32,000 nt of DNA from Candidatus Electronema halotolerans (GTDB lineage Bacteria; Desulfobacterota; Desulfobulbia; Desulfobulbales; Desulfobulbaceae), in assembly GCA_942493095.1 (NCBI GenBank), contig OW818675.1:690001-722000 (forward strand), written 5' to 3'. The notes under the pieces were generated by a model that was not told the origin of the DNA, ran no database searches, and was given only the letters and a program-made list of their open reading frames with translations. The translations under genes were made by a program, and so were the position numbers. How positions within the stretch are numbered: position 1 is the stretch's first letter; every line of letters begins with the position of its first letter. Of the stretch, positions 1 to 7,904 are shown piece by piece.

Positions 1-122
1 AGAAGGATACTGATGCCCGTTGGACCAAAAAGAACGGCAGAAGCTTTTTTGGTTATAAAAATCATATATCTGTTGATGTGAAGCATAAATTCATCCGAAA
101 ATATGCGGTGACCAGCGCCGAG
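1..122 (+). pseudogene. IS5-like transposase, 5' part of an interrupted gene (runs off the left edge)
   Basis: Reads KDTDARWTKKNGRSFFGYKNHISVDVKHKFIRKYAVTSAE, then stops abruptly at the left end of the IS4-like element. The reading resumes in frame at 1397. Confidence 0.88.
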
Positions 123-1386
123 CTTACCATCCATCACTTTTTCGCAATGTAAAAAACAAGGGAGGCAGGGGACGGAGCATCTGAGCGTATCTTCTGAGCA
201 GCCTGAGTCCTCTTTTGAAATAAGAACAGACACTTCTCCAAGTTTTTCTGACGACTGGCGGCAGCTCATGCTGTTCCGCATCCTTGTCGGCAACGTCGTC
301 AAATCCGAAATTTTCAGTTTTTTTTCTCTTGGAAGCGGGTTCCGCATCCTGTCGCGGAGTCCGGCGAGTACGCACCAGTGCATGGCGACCGAGAGGATCA
401 GCATCAGTCTGGCGATTCTGTCGGCGCGCTCCAGTTTTGTGTCCTCCAAACCGAACCCCCTGGTTTTGAAATCGCTGAACACGGCCTCGCATCCCCAGCG
501 CATGCCGTAATCAAGTGTTTTATAATAATTTGGCTCAGTTCCTCCGACTGCCAGCAGCCAAGGCTCATCATGTCCCGGCTCCTGGAGAATGCTTAAATTT
601 GTCTGAACCCGCTGTTCTGTCAGATAAATATTTTTCATAAACAGTTCCTTGCGACCTTTCTTTTCAGCAGGAACAAGGTCCGCAAGAGATGTCTCATCGC
701 CGGCCTCATTGAAAACTTTAAGATTTTCCTTGAGGCGGAGCCGATAATCCCAGCCGCTGCGGTGGCAGAATGCAATCAGCGGCGCTTGACCGTAAAAACG
801 GTCGCCGAGCAGCAGCACTCTGCTGCCCTCTGGAAGGAATGATTTTATTTTTTCAAGAAGTTCCATGCAGATATCCGAGCCGATATTGCCCTGTCCTTTT
901 CGGACCCGCCATAGCAGAGGCAGGGCCCGACCGCCGAAGCGCAATGACAGCGAAAGAATGCCGAAACGGTCGGATAGCTGCGTCTGGTCAATGCACAGAA
1001 TCAGCGTTTCTCCCGAAGCGGAGGCCGTCTCCAATGCCTGACGGATGAAAGGCCGCATCACATCATCATTGTCGATTGAGTCTGTGCTCAGGAAACGGCT
1101 TAACCACTGATATCGCATGTCAATCCGTTCTGTTTCCAGCGGAAGGACAGCCGCCATGTCCATAGTATTGCAACTCTGAACTTCCAAAACCGCCGCCGCG
1201 CACAAGCTTAACTTGCGCAGAGGATTCCTGTTAATTCCGGGCAAAACGTCTCGCAGGCCGGACGAGATTTCCTCTGCCAGATGACTGATCGTGCTCATAT
1301 TTCACAGAGTTTGAATAAACGAATTGTTTTTTCAATCTTTTTACTCCGGCGTTCAAGCTCTGTCAAGAAAAGTGATGGATGGTAAG
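123..1386 (-). mobile_element. Complete IS4-like insertion sequence, ~1264 bp
   Basis: Perfect 19-bp terminal inverted repeats CTTACCATCCATCACTTTT (123-141; reverse complement at 1368-1386), flanked by the direct repeat CAGCGCCGAG (113-122 and 1387-1396). Confidence 0.93.
124..1298 (-). CDS. IS4-like DDE transposase, frameshifted near its 3' end at an A8 run (plus coordinates 318-325)
   Basis: Minus-strand frame from ATG at 1298: MSTISHLAEEISSGLRDVLPGINRNPLRK...LILCIDQTQLSDRFG...GSRVLLLGDRFYGQAPLI...YGMRWGCEAVFSDFKTRGFGLEDTKLERADRIARLMLILSVAMHWC. The C-terminus SVCSYFKRGLRLLRRYAQ...SDGW* lies in the -1 frame, and its TAA is inside the terminal inverted repeat. Confidence 0.8.
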
Positions 1387-1753
1387 CAGCGCCGAGGTTC
1401 ATGACAGCAATATTTTTGAGGAGCTGCTTGACCCTGACAACACCAGTCGGGATATCTATGCGGATTCGGCATACAGATCTGAAAAAAAGCTCAACTGGTT
1501 GAACGAGAATGGATACAGAGAGCATCTGAACCGCAAAGGAACACGAAGCCGGAAACTGACCGAATGGGAGAAGCAGGGAAATCGGACAAGATCAAAAATT
1601 CGCTCCCGGATTGAACACGTCTTCGGCATCCAGGCGCAACGTGCTGGCAATATGATTCTCCGAGGAACAGGTTTCATTCGCGCTGCTGCGAAAATAGGCT
1701 TGAGAAACTTGACGTTCAATATTGACAGGTACGGAACTCTTAATAAAATTTAA
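1387..1753 (+). pseudogene. IS5-like transposase, 3' part of the interrupted gene
   Basis: ORF 1379-1753: EVHDSNIFEELLDPDNTSRDIYADSAYRSEKK...NRTRSKIRSRIEHVFGIQAQRAGNMILR. This is continuous in frame with the part ending at 122. Confidence 0.88.
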
Positions 1754-1842
1754 GATTTAAAAAAAAGAAACGCATTCAGGAACATATTTCAACGGAAGTT
1801 TGCTCAAAATAAATAAAAAACAGGAAATAACAATTTAGGTCG

Positions 1843-2941
1843 TCACCCTGTTGAGTGTTGTTTTTCAATCACGACCATGCTGAAGACCTCTTTCAGCGTC
1901 CAAATATGGTCTGTCAAGTCCGCCGCCATAGCCGGTGTGCGCGACAGCCATTTCAGCCCTGAGTTTTCGTCAGCATTCAGCCTCAAAGTTTTCAGCGGTT
2001 TGATGAAATTATAATACATATCCTCCAGTGCGGCGGCGACTTTATGCATGTCAATGTTCTTGGAGAAAGCGATGCCTTTCCGAGTCAGGCGGCTGCTGAA
2101 AGTCCGCATGGTTAGATGGCTGCGTTCAATATAGGCCGTGCTTTTTCCAAAGATTTTATCAAGTTCTCTCATGCTCCCATGCACCGCCTTGCGCCGTGTG
2201 CCGAGAAAATTCCCCTTCTCATCCCGCTGCTTGATGATTTGCAAATATTTCCATCCGGGTTGAGGCCGCTTTTTCGAGGGAGGTCTGCCTTTTCCGGAAT
2301 ATTCAGGAACTTTTCCAAAAATTTCCAGCATCGCCTCCCGGATGCCGCCCCAGCCGTCTGAAACTGTCGGCGGCGGGCCGTCGGAATGCCCGCGTTCCTT
2401 GAGCTGCCGGAAGACGGCGGCGGAAGCTTCCGTCTCCGATTTGCCGAATCCCCGCCCGGCACGCAGGCGGCTGTCCATGTCCATCATCGTCGAACGGAAA
2501 AACTGGCCGCTCGCCTCAGTTTCCGCATGTCCTTTTTTTTTCGCCCTTATTCTTCACATAAGACCATAAGCCGTCAAGCTGGCCCCGGCTGATGCGGAAT
2601 TCGGAAAGAAGAACATTTTCAACAGCTTCAACATGCTCGGCTGCTTCCGTCAGCCAAGCGGCGACTGTGTCTTCCTTGTGCCCTTTCACCCGGCTCACGC
2701 TGCTGATCCGTGATCCTTCCGCAAGCAGGGCAAGACACTCAACAATTTCAGCATCATCCGTCCGGCGGCGATAAAATATCGTCCCTCGCGTCGCAGTGAA
2801 CGTTCTTCCGCAACTCAGGCATTTAAAACGCTGAACGCCTGCACGAGTGCGGCCATATCTGATAATTCGACCGTCAAGCTGCTCATAATCAGAACAGGCG
2901 GGGTTCGGACAAAAACTGCCGACTTTCGCAAGTTCAGCCAT
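1843..2941 (-). pseudogene. IS1-superfamily-like transposase split by a +1 frameshift at an A9 run (2533-2541)
   Basis: The first ORF has a zinc-finger-like N-terminus (CPNPACSDY...FKCLSCGRTFTATRGTIFYRR) and ends ...DGLWSYVKNKGEKK. It continues in another frame as GHAETEASGQFFRSTMMDMDSRLRAGRGFGKSETEAS...GWKYLQIIKQRDEKGNF...GKSTAYIERSHLTMRTFSSRLTRKGIAFSK. Good RBS (AAGGAGG) before ATG at 2941. Confidence 0.78.
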
Positions 2942-3007
2942 CTTTTCCTCCTTCTTTGAAATAGTTGACACACACAGAAGGATAAACAATTATTCAACAA
3001 CTCTCAA

Positions 3008-3145
3008 GAGGGAGACCGCCGAAATTTCACGCCGGAATACAGACTGAGAATCGGAAATTATCGAATTCTGTTCGAGATTGAAGAGGATAAAATTGTAATC
3101 TATCGCATTTCTCACAGAAAAGAATCATACAAGGTGAAATCATGA
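3008..3145 (+). pseudogene. C-terminal remnant of a RelE/ParE-like toxin
   Basis: Open frame ...EGDRRNFTPEYRLRIGNYRILFEIEEDKIVIYRISHRKESYKVKS*. Ends TGA overlapping the ATG of the next ORF (ATGA). No N-terminal half is present between here and the transposase. Confidence 0.7.
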
Positions 3146-3420
3146 AGCTGCATCCGCAGATTATTCAAAAAGAAGGAAAGAACGAGTTTATGGTTCTCCC
3201 GTTTGCAGAATTTGAAGCAATCACTGAAATTTTGGAAAACTATGAGGATTTACGGGAACTGCGGGAAGCAAAAGAGCAGGCGGCAGGGCAGAAGCCTGTG
3301 CCGTTGCATGAGGTTATTGCCGAGCTTGGCTTGCGGCCAAAGCTGCTTGCTTGCAGAGGGAATGCAATGAAGGGAGGCAGTCTCATTGTGAAATTCACTC
3401 GTAATGCGACCACATCCTAA
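3142..3420 (+). CDS. Antitoxin-like protein (Phd/YefM-like partner of the RelE remnant)
   Basis: MKLHPQIIQKEGKNEFMVLPFAEFEAITEILENYEDLRELREAKEQAAGQK; 4-bp overlap with the toxin remnant. The C-terminal ~30 aa look non-native. Confidence 0.65.
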   Translation: MKLHPQIIQKEGKNEFMVLPFAEFEAITEILENYEDLRELREAKEQAAGQKPVPLHEVIAELGLRPKLLACRGNAMKGGSLIVKFTRNATTS

Positions 3421-3661
3421 GAATATGCACAACATTTTCAGTCTGATCAACTGAATAAACGAGCCTGTGCTGTATGTTTATTCGTCGGGAATAGAACCCG
3501 CTCAAATTCCCCACCAACTTTTTATAAGCTGGTTGCCGAGCAAACGGGTCTTCTTGCAGGATGTGCAAAAGTTGCTCCGCCTTTGGTCGCAAACCTGCTT
3601 GGTTCAGTCTCTTGGCATCCTTGACCGCCTGACTGGATAACACAACCCGCCATTTCACCAT
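3395..3661 (-). CDS. yoeB: Txe/YoeB-family toxin
   Basis: 88 aa: MVKWRVVLSSQAVKDAKRL...LLHILQEDPFARQPAYKKLVGNLSGFYSRRINIQHRLVYSV; directly downstream of a YefM-like ORF. Confidence 0.82.
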   Translation of the reverse strand: MVKWRVVLSSQAVKDAKRLNQAGLRPKAEQLLHILQEDPFARQPAYKKLVGNLSGFYSRRINIQHRLVYSVDQTENVVHILRMWSHYE

Positions 3662-3906
3662 TCCAAATCCTCAAGAGCTGTGCCATCCTCAAACGGTTCA
3701 CGGCTTGCCTCCTGAATGCTTTCCGCCAGCTTTGGAAACTGGTTGAGGTAAATTGTCTCTGCTATTGCTTCCCAGTCCTCCTCACCCAGCACGACAAAGT
3801 TCTCACCATTTCGTCTGATGACCCGTAAAACTTCGTGATTTTCTATACATCGGTCAACCTCTGGCTTTAACTGCTGACGAAAGCGGTTTGCTGTTGTTTC
3901 TCTCAT
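3655..3906 (-). CDS. yefM: YefM-like antitoxin
   Basis: 83 aa; overlaps the toxin start; contains ENHEVLRVIRRNGENFVVLGEEDWEAIAETIYL. Confidence 0.8.
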   Translation of the reverse strand: MRETTANRFRQQLKPEVDRCIENHEVLRVIRRNGENFVVLGEEDWEAIAETIYLNQFPKLAESIQEASREPFEDGTALEDLEW

Positions 3907-4085
3907 AGTTCCTTGCTCCTAAAAGATGAAAAAGCGGTACTATTTATCGTACCGCTTTTTTGTGTTGCTTGTCAAATCAGCAAAACAAGTCTTCCTGCCG
4001 TCACTGGTTCGTTTTAAAACGGTTAATCCCAAACCACTCCCCCCACTTCTTTTCTATTGACTTCCTCCGCAAAATTGCGGCACAT

Positions 4086-4115
4086 CGTAGGGACAATTCA
4101 TGAATTGTCCCTACG
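4086..4115. repeat. REP-like perfect palindrome, copy 1
   Basis: CGTAGGGACAATTCATGAATTGTCCCTACG, a 30-bp perfect palindrome. Confidence 0.9.
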
Positions 4116-4128
4116 TTTTACCTCTGTA

Positions 4129-4224
4129 TTTGCCTTACTGCTCCCCCGCCGTAATCTCATCCCCAGGCAACGGTGGCCGCTCAGGCACCTTGTCCAATAT
4201 GCTCCTGAATGCGGCCCGGTCTGC
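4129..4224 (-). repeat. Antitoxin-tail repeat, copy A
   Basis: TTGCCTTACTGCTCCCCCGCCGTAATCTCATCCCCAGGCAACGGTGGCCGCTCAGGCACCTTGTCCAATATGCTCCTGAATGCGGCCCGGTCTGC. Minus strand reads ADRAAFRSILDKVPERPPLPGDEITAGEQ. Confidence 0.85.
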
Positions 4225-4277
4225 TCTTTTCGCCCGTTGCTTGATTACGATTCTTCGCAGGCTATGAATGATGAATG

Positions 4278-4827
4278 TCAAAGCGATTTCCACGGATTGA
4301 ACACCGCCTGATGACTGGGGGCAAAATCGTCCTCATTTCGGGTTACGACCACCATCTGATGTGCTGCTGCTGTGGCGGCAATGTAGCCGTCAATAATCGA
4401 CATTCTCTGTCCTGCATCCTCTGCCTGAGCTTGCAGCATTCCCCACGCTTCAGCTATCGCACGATCAACAGGAATAATCCGGTCGCTGTAATCTGCCAGA
4501 AGCGTTTCAAGCCAGCCCAGCAGCTTGGTTTTCTTCTTTGATTCAGGCAGCCTCGTATAGCAGTTACGAGTTGGACAGTTACCAAATATCCTTGCCTTGT
4601 CAAAAGTTTTATCTATTTAAATTCAACTTATTACGTGCTTATCGGCATGTTGAACTGATCGCCATTTCGCGTGTAACCGCTATAATACCACGTTTCAACT
4701 CGCCAATCGTGAGCGCACTCAGAAACAGACGTTCAGAAGGAACTGAGGCGAGCCACTCCAGCACTGCCGCATTGGGAACCGGTCGCACCAGTTCAGAAAT
4801 GACGCAGGTATCGAGCAGATAGTTCAT
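4278..4827 (-). pseudogene. vapC: VapC-like PIN-domain toxin interrupted by a ~125-bp MITE-like insertion
   Basis: N-part MNYLLDTCVISELVRPVPNAAVLEWLASVPSERLFLSALTIGELKRGI. C-part RLPESKKKTKLLGWLETLLADYSDRIIPVDRAIAEAWG...SIIDGYIAATAAAHQMVVVTRNEDDFAP...VFNPW. Confidence 0.82.
4556..4684. mobile_element. MITE-like element with TA target duplication
   Basis: TA at 4556-4557 and 4683-4684; termini TAGCAGTTAC (4558) and GTAACCGCTA (ending 4682) are imperfect inverted repeats. Removing 127 bp restores the vapC frame (GGT ATT ACG AGG CTG CCT = GITRLP). Confidence 0.75.
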
Positions 4828-5078
4828 AGGTCAAGCTCCCGTGGATATTCCTGCCGCCGCTGAAACGGATCGTCAGCATCGAGCTTGGGGCAGCTCAACA
4901 GGAAGTCTGCAAATGACTGCTTCTGCGAAGTTAATTTTTCGTAGTCCCGAACTGACAGCACAACGACGGCATCAACACCCCGCCGCATGACATATTGCGG
5001 CCCTTGTGTCAGAGCTTCATTGACGAGCTGACTGAATTTGTTTTTTGCATCCTGAAGGGTCCAGTTTGTCTTGAGCAT
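4824..5078 (-). CDS. Phd-type antitoxin paired with the interrupted PIN toxin
   Basis: 84 aa: MLKTNWTLQDAKNKFSQLVNEALTQGPQYVMRRGVDAVVVLSVRDYEKLTS; overlaps the vapC start. Confidence 0.85.
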   Translation of the reverse strand: MLKTNWTLQDAKNKFSQLVNEALTQGPQYVMRRGVDAVVVLSVRDYEKLTSQKQSFADFLLSCPKLDADDPFQRRQEYPRELDL

Positions 5079-5247
5079 GTTTTTTCTCCGGTCTTTTAAG
5101 GTGTACTCATCTGGACAGGCTAGCTGAAAAAGCGTTGCCTGTCAAGTCTTTCTGCATTCCCTCCTTTTCTGTTGACTTTCCCCGCCAAATTGTCCCTACG
5201 ATAGGCGACGATACGCGACGAAACCACGGGATATTCAATCATCTGTC

Positions 5248-5763
5248 ATGTCATACAACCCCGACATCCATCACCGCCGTTCCATCCGCCTGCGCGGGTA
5301 CGATTATTCTCAGGCCGGGGTCTATTTCGTCACCTTATGCACCCATAACCGGGAATGTTTGTTCGGAGAAATTGCCAACGGGGCTATGCAATTGAATGCG
5401 GCGGGAAAAATTGTGGCGGACGAATGGTTGAAAATCGCGCAGATTCGTGATGAAATCGAATTGGACGAATGGGCCGTGATGCCGAATCATTTGCATGGCA
5501 TTATGGTTTTGACCGACACCGTAGGGGCGAAAAATTTTTCGCTCCTACAAAACGGCACATCGAAAACAATTGGCTCAATCGTGCGCGGATTTAAAATTGG
5601 GGTAACAAAATGGATGCGGTAACATACCGATATTCATACCGCCTGGCAGGGCAATTATTGGGAGCACATCATCCGCGATGAAGCCGACCTGCGCCGCATC
5701 CGCGAATACATCTGCAACAATCCGGCCCGCTGGGAAGAAGATGATTTGTATCCCCATTCGTAG
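5248..5763 (+). pseudogene. REP-associated tyrosine transposase (RAYT) with an in-frame TAA at 5620
   Basis: SIRLRGYDYSQAGVYFVTLCTHNRECLFGEI...WAVMPNHLHGIMVL (HUH-like HLH motif)...TKWMR*HTDIHTAWQGNYWEHIIRDEADLRRIREYICNNPARWEEDDLYPHS*. Same frame on both sides of the stop. Confidence 0.88.
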
Positions 5764-5773
5764 AGACAATATC

Positions 5774-5803
5774 TGTAGGGACAATTCATGAATTGTCCCT
5801 ACA
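5774..5803. repeat. REP-like perfect palindrome, copy 2
   Basis: TGTAGGGACAATTCATGAATTGTCCCTACA; the 28-bp core is identical to copy 1. A half copy (AATTGTCCCTACG) lies at ~5190-5202 upstream of the RAYT. Confidence 0.9.
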
Positions 5804-5813
5804 TCTTGCACGG

Positions 5814-5888
5814 CGTAATCTCATCCCCCGGCAACGGTGCCCGTTCAGGCACCTTGTCCAATATGCTCCTGAATGCGGCCCGGTCTGC
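5814..5888 (-). repeat. Antitoxin-tail repeat, copy B
   Basis: CGTAATCTCATCCCCCGGCAACGGTGCCCGTTCAGGCACCTTGTCCAATATGCTCCTGAATGCGGCCCGGTCTGC; minus strand reads ADRAAFRSILDKVPERAPLPGDEIT. Confidence 0.87.
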
Positions 5889-5936
5889 CCCTTCCTGCTC
5901 CTTGATTTGTACATGCAAATGATGTACAAATAATAT

Positions 5937-6221
5937 ATGAAATACGAATGGAATCCAGAGAAAAACGCAGCCTTGAAGCAGAAGCGGAATATCTCCTTTG
6001 AAGAGATCATTTTCCATCTTTCCCAAGGAGACCTCTGGAAAACGGCTGATCATCCTGATCAGGAAAAATATCCCGGACAAAAGCTGTATTTCGTTTGTAT
6101 TGACGAATACATCTATATCGTTCCGCATGTGATCAGCAAAGAACACATCTTCTTAAAAACCATCATTCCAAGCAGAAAGGCGACTAAGTTGTATAAAGCT
6201 GAAATGGAGAAACAGAAATGA
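5937..6221 (+). CDS. BrnT-like toxin
   Basis: 94 aa: MKYEWNPEKNAALKQKRNISFEEIIFHLSQGDLWKTADHP...KLYFVCIDEYIYIVPHVISKEHIFLKTIIPSRKATKLYKAE; overlaps the next ORF by 4 bp. Confidence 0.65.
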   Translation: MKYEWNPEKNAALKQKRNISFEEIIFHLSQGDLWKTADHPDQEKYPGQKLYFVCIDEYIYIVPHVISKEHIFLKTIIPSRKATKLYKAEMEKQK

Positions 6222-6490
6222 AATATGACGACGAAGAAAAAATGATTCTTGATGCCTTGGATAGCGACAAGATGCAACTTTCTGACCCTTCAAAAGAAGA
6301 GCTGAAGACTGTCAAGGCAGCAGCAAGAAATACCTTTAAAAAAAATAAACGGGTGACGATTCGTTTGTATGACCATGATTTTGCAGGCATCCAGAAAAAG
6401 GCTCTGGAAATGGGAATACCTTACCAAACGCTTATTTCTGGTATTATTCACCGTTATGTTGAAGGTGATATAAAGATTAAGCCTGCATAA
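6218..6490 (+). CDS. Antitoxin partner (BrnA/CopG-like)
   Basis: 90 aa: ...NKRVTIRLYDHDFAGIQKKALEMGIPYQTLISGIIHRYVEGDIKIK, a ribbon-helix-helix-like C-terminus; ATGA overlap with the toxin. Confidence 0.7.
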   Translation: MKYDDEEKMILDALDSDKMQLSDPSKEELKTVKAAARNTFKKNKRVTIRLYDHDFAGIQKKALEMGIPYQTLISGIIHRYVEGDIKIKPA

Positions 6491-6523
6491 AATATTCTGG
6501 ATTGTTTTGCCCTTGCGGTTGCC

Positions 6524-6775
6524 TTACTGCTCCCCAGCCGTAATCTCATCCCCCGGCAATGGTGCCCGCTCAGGCACCTTGTCCAATATGCTCCTGAAGG
6601 CGGCTCGGTCTGCCTTTTTCTCGCGTTGCTCCAAATAATTCTTTGTTGTTAGTGCAGAAATCTTTTCAGCCACGGCAGTCGAAATAAACTGATTGATCGA
6701 CACGCCTTCATCCTCTGCTATTTGTTTGATATGGCGATGAATAGAATTGGGCAGCCGTAAACTTAATGTGCTCAT
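6524..6775 (-). CDS. Ribbon-helix-helix antitoxin (HicB/toxin-associated type)
   Basis: MSTLSLRLPNSIHRHIKQIAEDEGVSINQFISTAVAEKISALTTKNYLEQREKKADRAAFRSILDKVPERAPLPGDEITAGEQ. Confidence 0.87.
   Translation of the reverse strand: MSTLSLRLPNSIHRHIKQIAEDEGVSINQFISTAVAEKISALTTKNYLEQREKKADRAAFRSILDKVPERAPLPGDEITAGEQ
6539..6613 (-). repeat. Antitoxin-tail repeat, copy C (in frame within the RHH antitoxin)
   Basis: CGTAATCTCATCCCCCGGCAATGGTGCCCGCTCAGGCACCTTGTCCAATATGCTCCTGAAGGCGGCTCGGTCTGC. Confidence 0.87.
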
Positions 6776-7185
6776 TGCATTGCCTCCAATAATTTTCCGG
6801 GGCGCAGGGCAGTCACGCCGAATTTATCGACCCCTTTGAAATCCTGCATATTATGGGTGACGATTATGTTTGCTTTTGCTGCCACAGCCACCTCAAGAAC
6901 ATGATCATCTTTCTGGTCTTTCAAATAGGGCCGCCACAGAAAGTAAATTTTCTGAAATTCGCTGAGAGCGCAGATGTTGTCAAGAACCACGTCAATCTCA
7001 TTGTCAGACAGCCCTAATTCCTTTTGTTTCCGTTTCAGCACATCTTCGTACTCAAAAAGCAGCGTTGTTGAAATAACTGGTGTTATTCTGCCAGCATCAA
7101 TGAATTTCAATATTTGATGGGATGCTCCTGCCGAGGAATACAAGCCCGCAAAGAGCACGTTGGTGTCCATGATGATTTTGCTCAT
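6772..7185 (-). CDS. PIN-domain toxin
   Basis: MSKIIMDTNVLFAGLYSSAGASHQILKFIDAGRITPVISTTLLFEYEDVL...DDHVLEVAVAAKANIIVTHNMQDFKG; ATGA overlap with the RHH antitoxin downstream. Confidence 0.87.
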   Translation of the reverse strand: MSKIIMDTNVLFAGLYSSAGASHQILKFIDAGRITPVISTTLLFEYEDVLKRKQKELGLSDNEIDVVLDNICALSEFQKIYFLWRPYLKDQKDDHVLEVAVAAKANIIVTHNMQDFKGVDKFGVTALRPGKLLEAMQ

Positions 7186-7348
7186 AGCTGCATGATACCA
7201 AATACGGTATCGGCTTGTCAAACGGGAGTGTGACGAGGACCATCGCCGCCGTTCCATCCGCCTGCGCGATTCTTCGCTTGCTATTTGTGTGCCGCCGAGC
7301 TAAACTTGTACAATAAACAGAACAAGTTTAAAGAAGGGGGGGGTAATC

Positions 7349-7603
7349 ATGAAAGTGGTGAATTTCAGCGAAGCAAGAAACAACCTGAAAGCGGTGCTGG
7401 ACCGGGTCGCCGATGATGCTGATTACACAATCATATCAAGACGTGACAGAGAAGATGCCGTGGTCATGTCGCTGGATGCTTTCAACAGTCTGATGGAAAC
7501 CTTTCATCTGCTCAAAACCCCGGCAAACGCCGAACATCTGGCAAAATCCATCAGGCAGTATAAAAACGGCCAGATCAAGGAAAGAGAGCTGATCCGTGAA
7601 TAG
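7349..7603 (+). CDS. yefM: YefM antitoxin
   Basis: MKVVNFSEARNNLKAVLDRVADDADYTIISRRDREDAVVMSLDAFNSLMETFHLLKTPANAEHL. Confidence 0.93.
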   Translation: MKVVNFSEARNNLKAVLDRVADDADYTIISRRDREDAVVMSLDAFNSLMETFHLLKTPANAEHLAKSIRQYKNGQIKERELIRE

Positions 7604-7856
7604 GCAGCTTGCTTGGACTGATGAAGCGTGGGACGATTATGTTTACTGGCAGTCTCAAGACAGAAAAACGCTGAAAAGAACCAATAAACTGATTGATGCG
7701 GTCAAGCGTGATCCGTTTATAGGTATTGGCAAACCAGAAGCGTTGAAGGAAAATTTATCTGGTTTCTGGTCTCGCAGGATTGATGAGGCAAACAGGCTGG
7801 TCTATGCTGTGACTGATCAGTATATCACCATTATTTCGTGTCGGTATCATTATTAG
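7596..7856 (+). CDS. yoeB: YoeB toxin
   Basis: MNRQLAWTDEAWDDYVYWQSQDRKTLKRTNKLIDAVKRDPFIGIGKPEALKENLSGFWSRRIDEANRLVYAVTDQYITIISCRYHY. Confidence 0.95.
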   Translation: MNRQLAWTDEAWDDYVYWQSQDRKTLKRTNKLIDAVKRDPFIGIGKPEALKENLSGFWSRRIDEANRLVYAVTDQYITIISCRYHY

Positions 7857-7904
7857 CCTGCGCCTTATCGAACTAAAGCAGATAAGCCCTTACGGATTCC
7901 CCGG

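Noticed and set aside
1754-3005. Terminal inverted repeats for the IS1-superfamily-like element
   Set aside because: I compared ~1825-1842 with ~2975-3003 and found only weak similarity (AATAACAATTT versus AATAATTGTTT). Element ends cannot be fixed without another copy.
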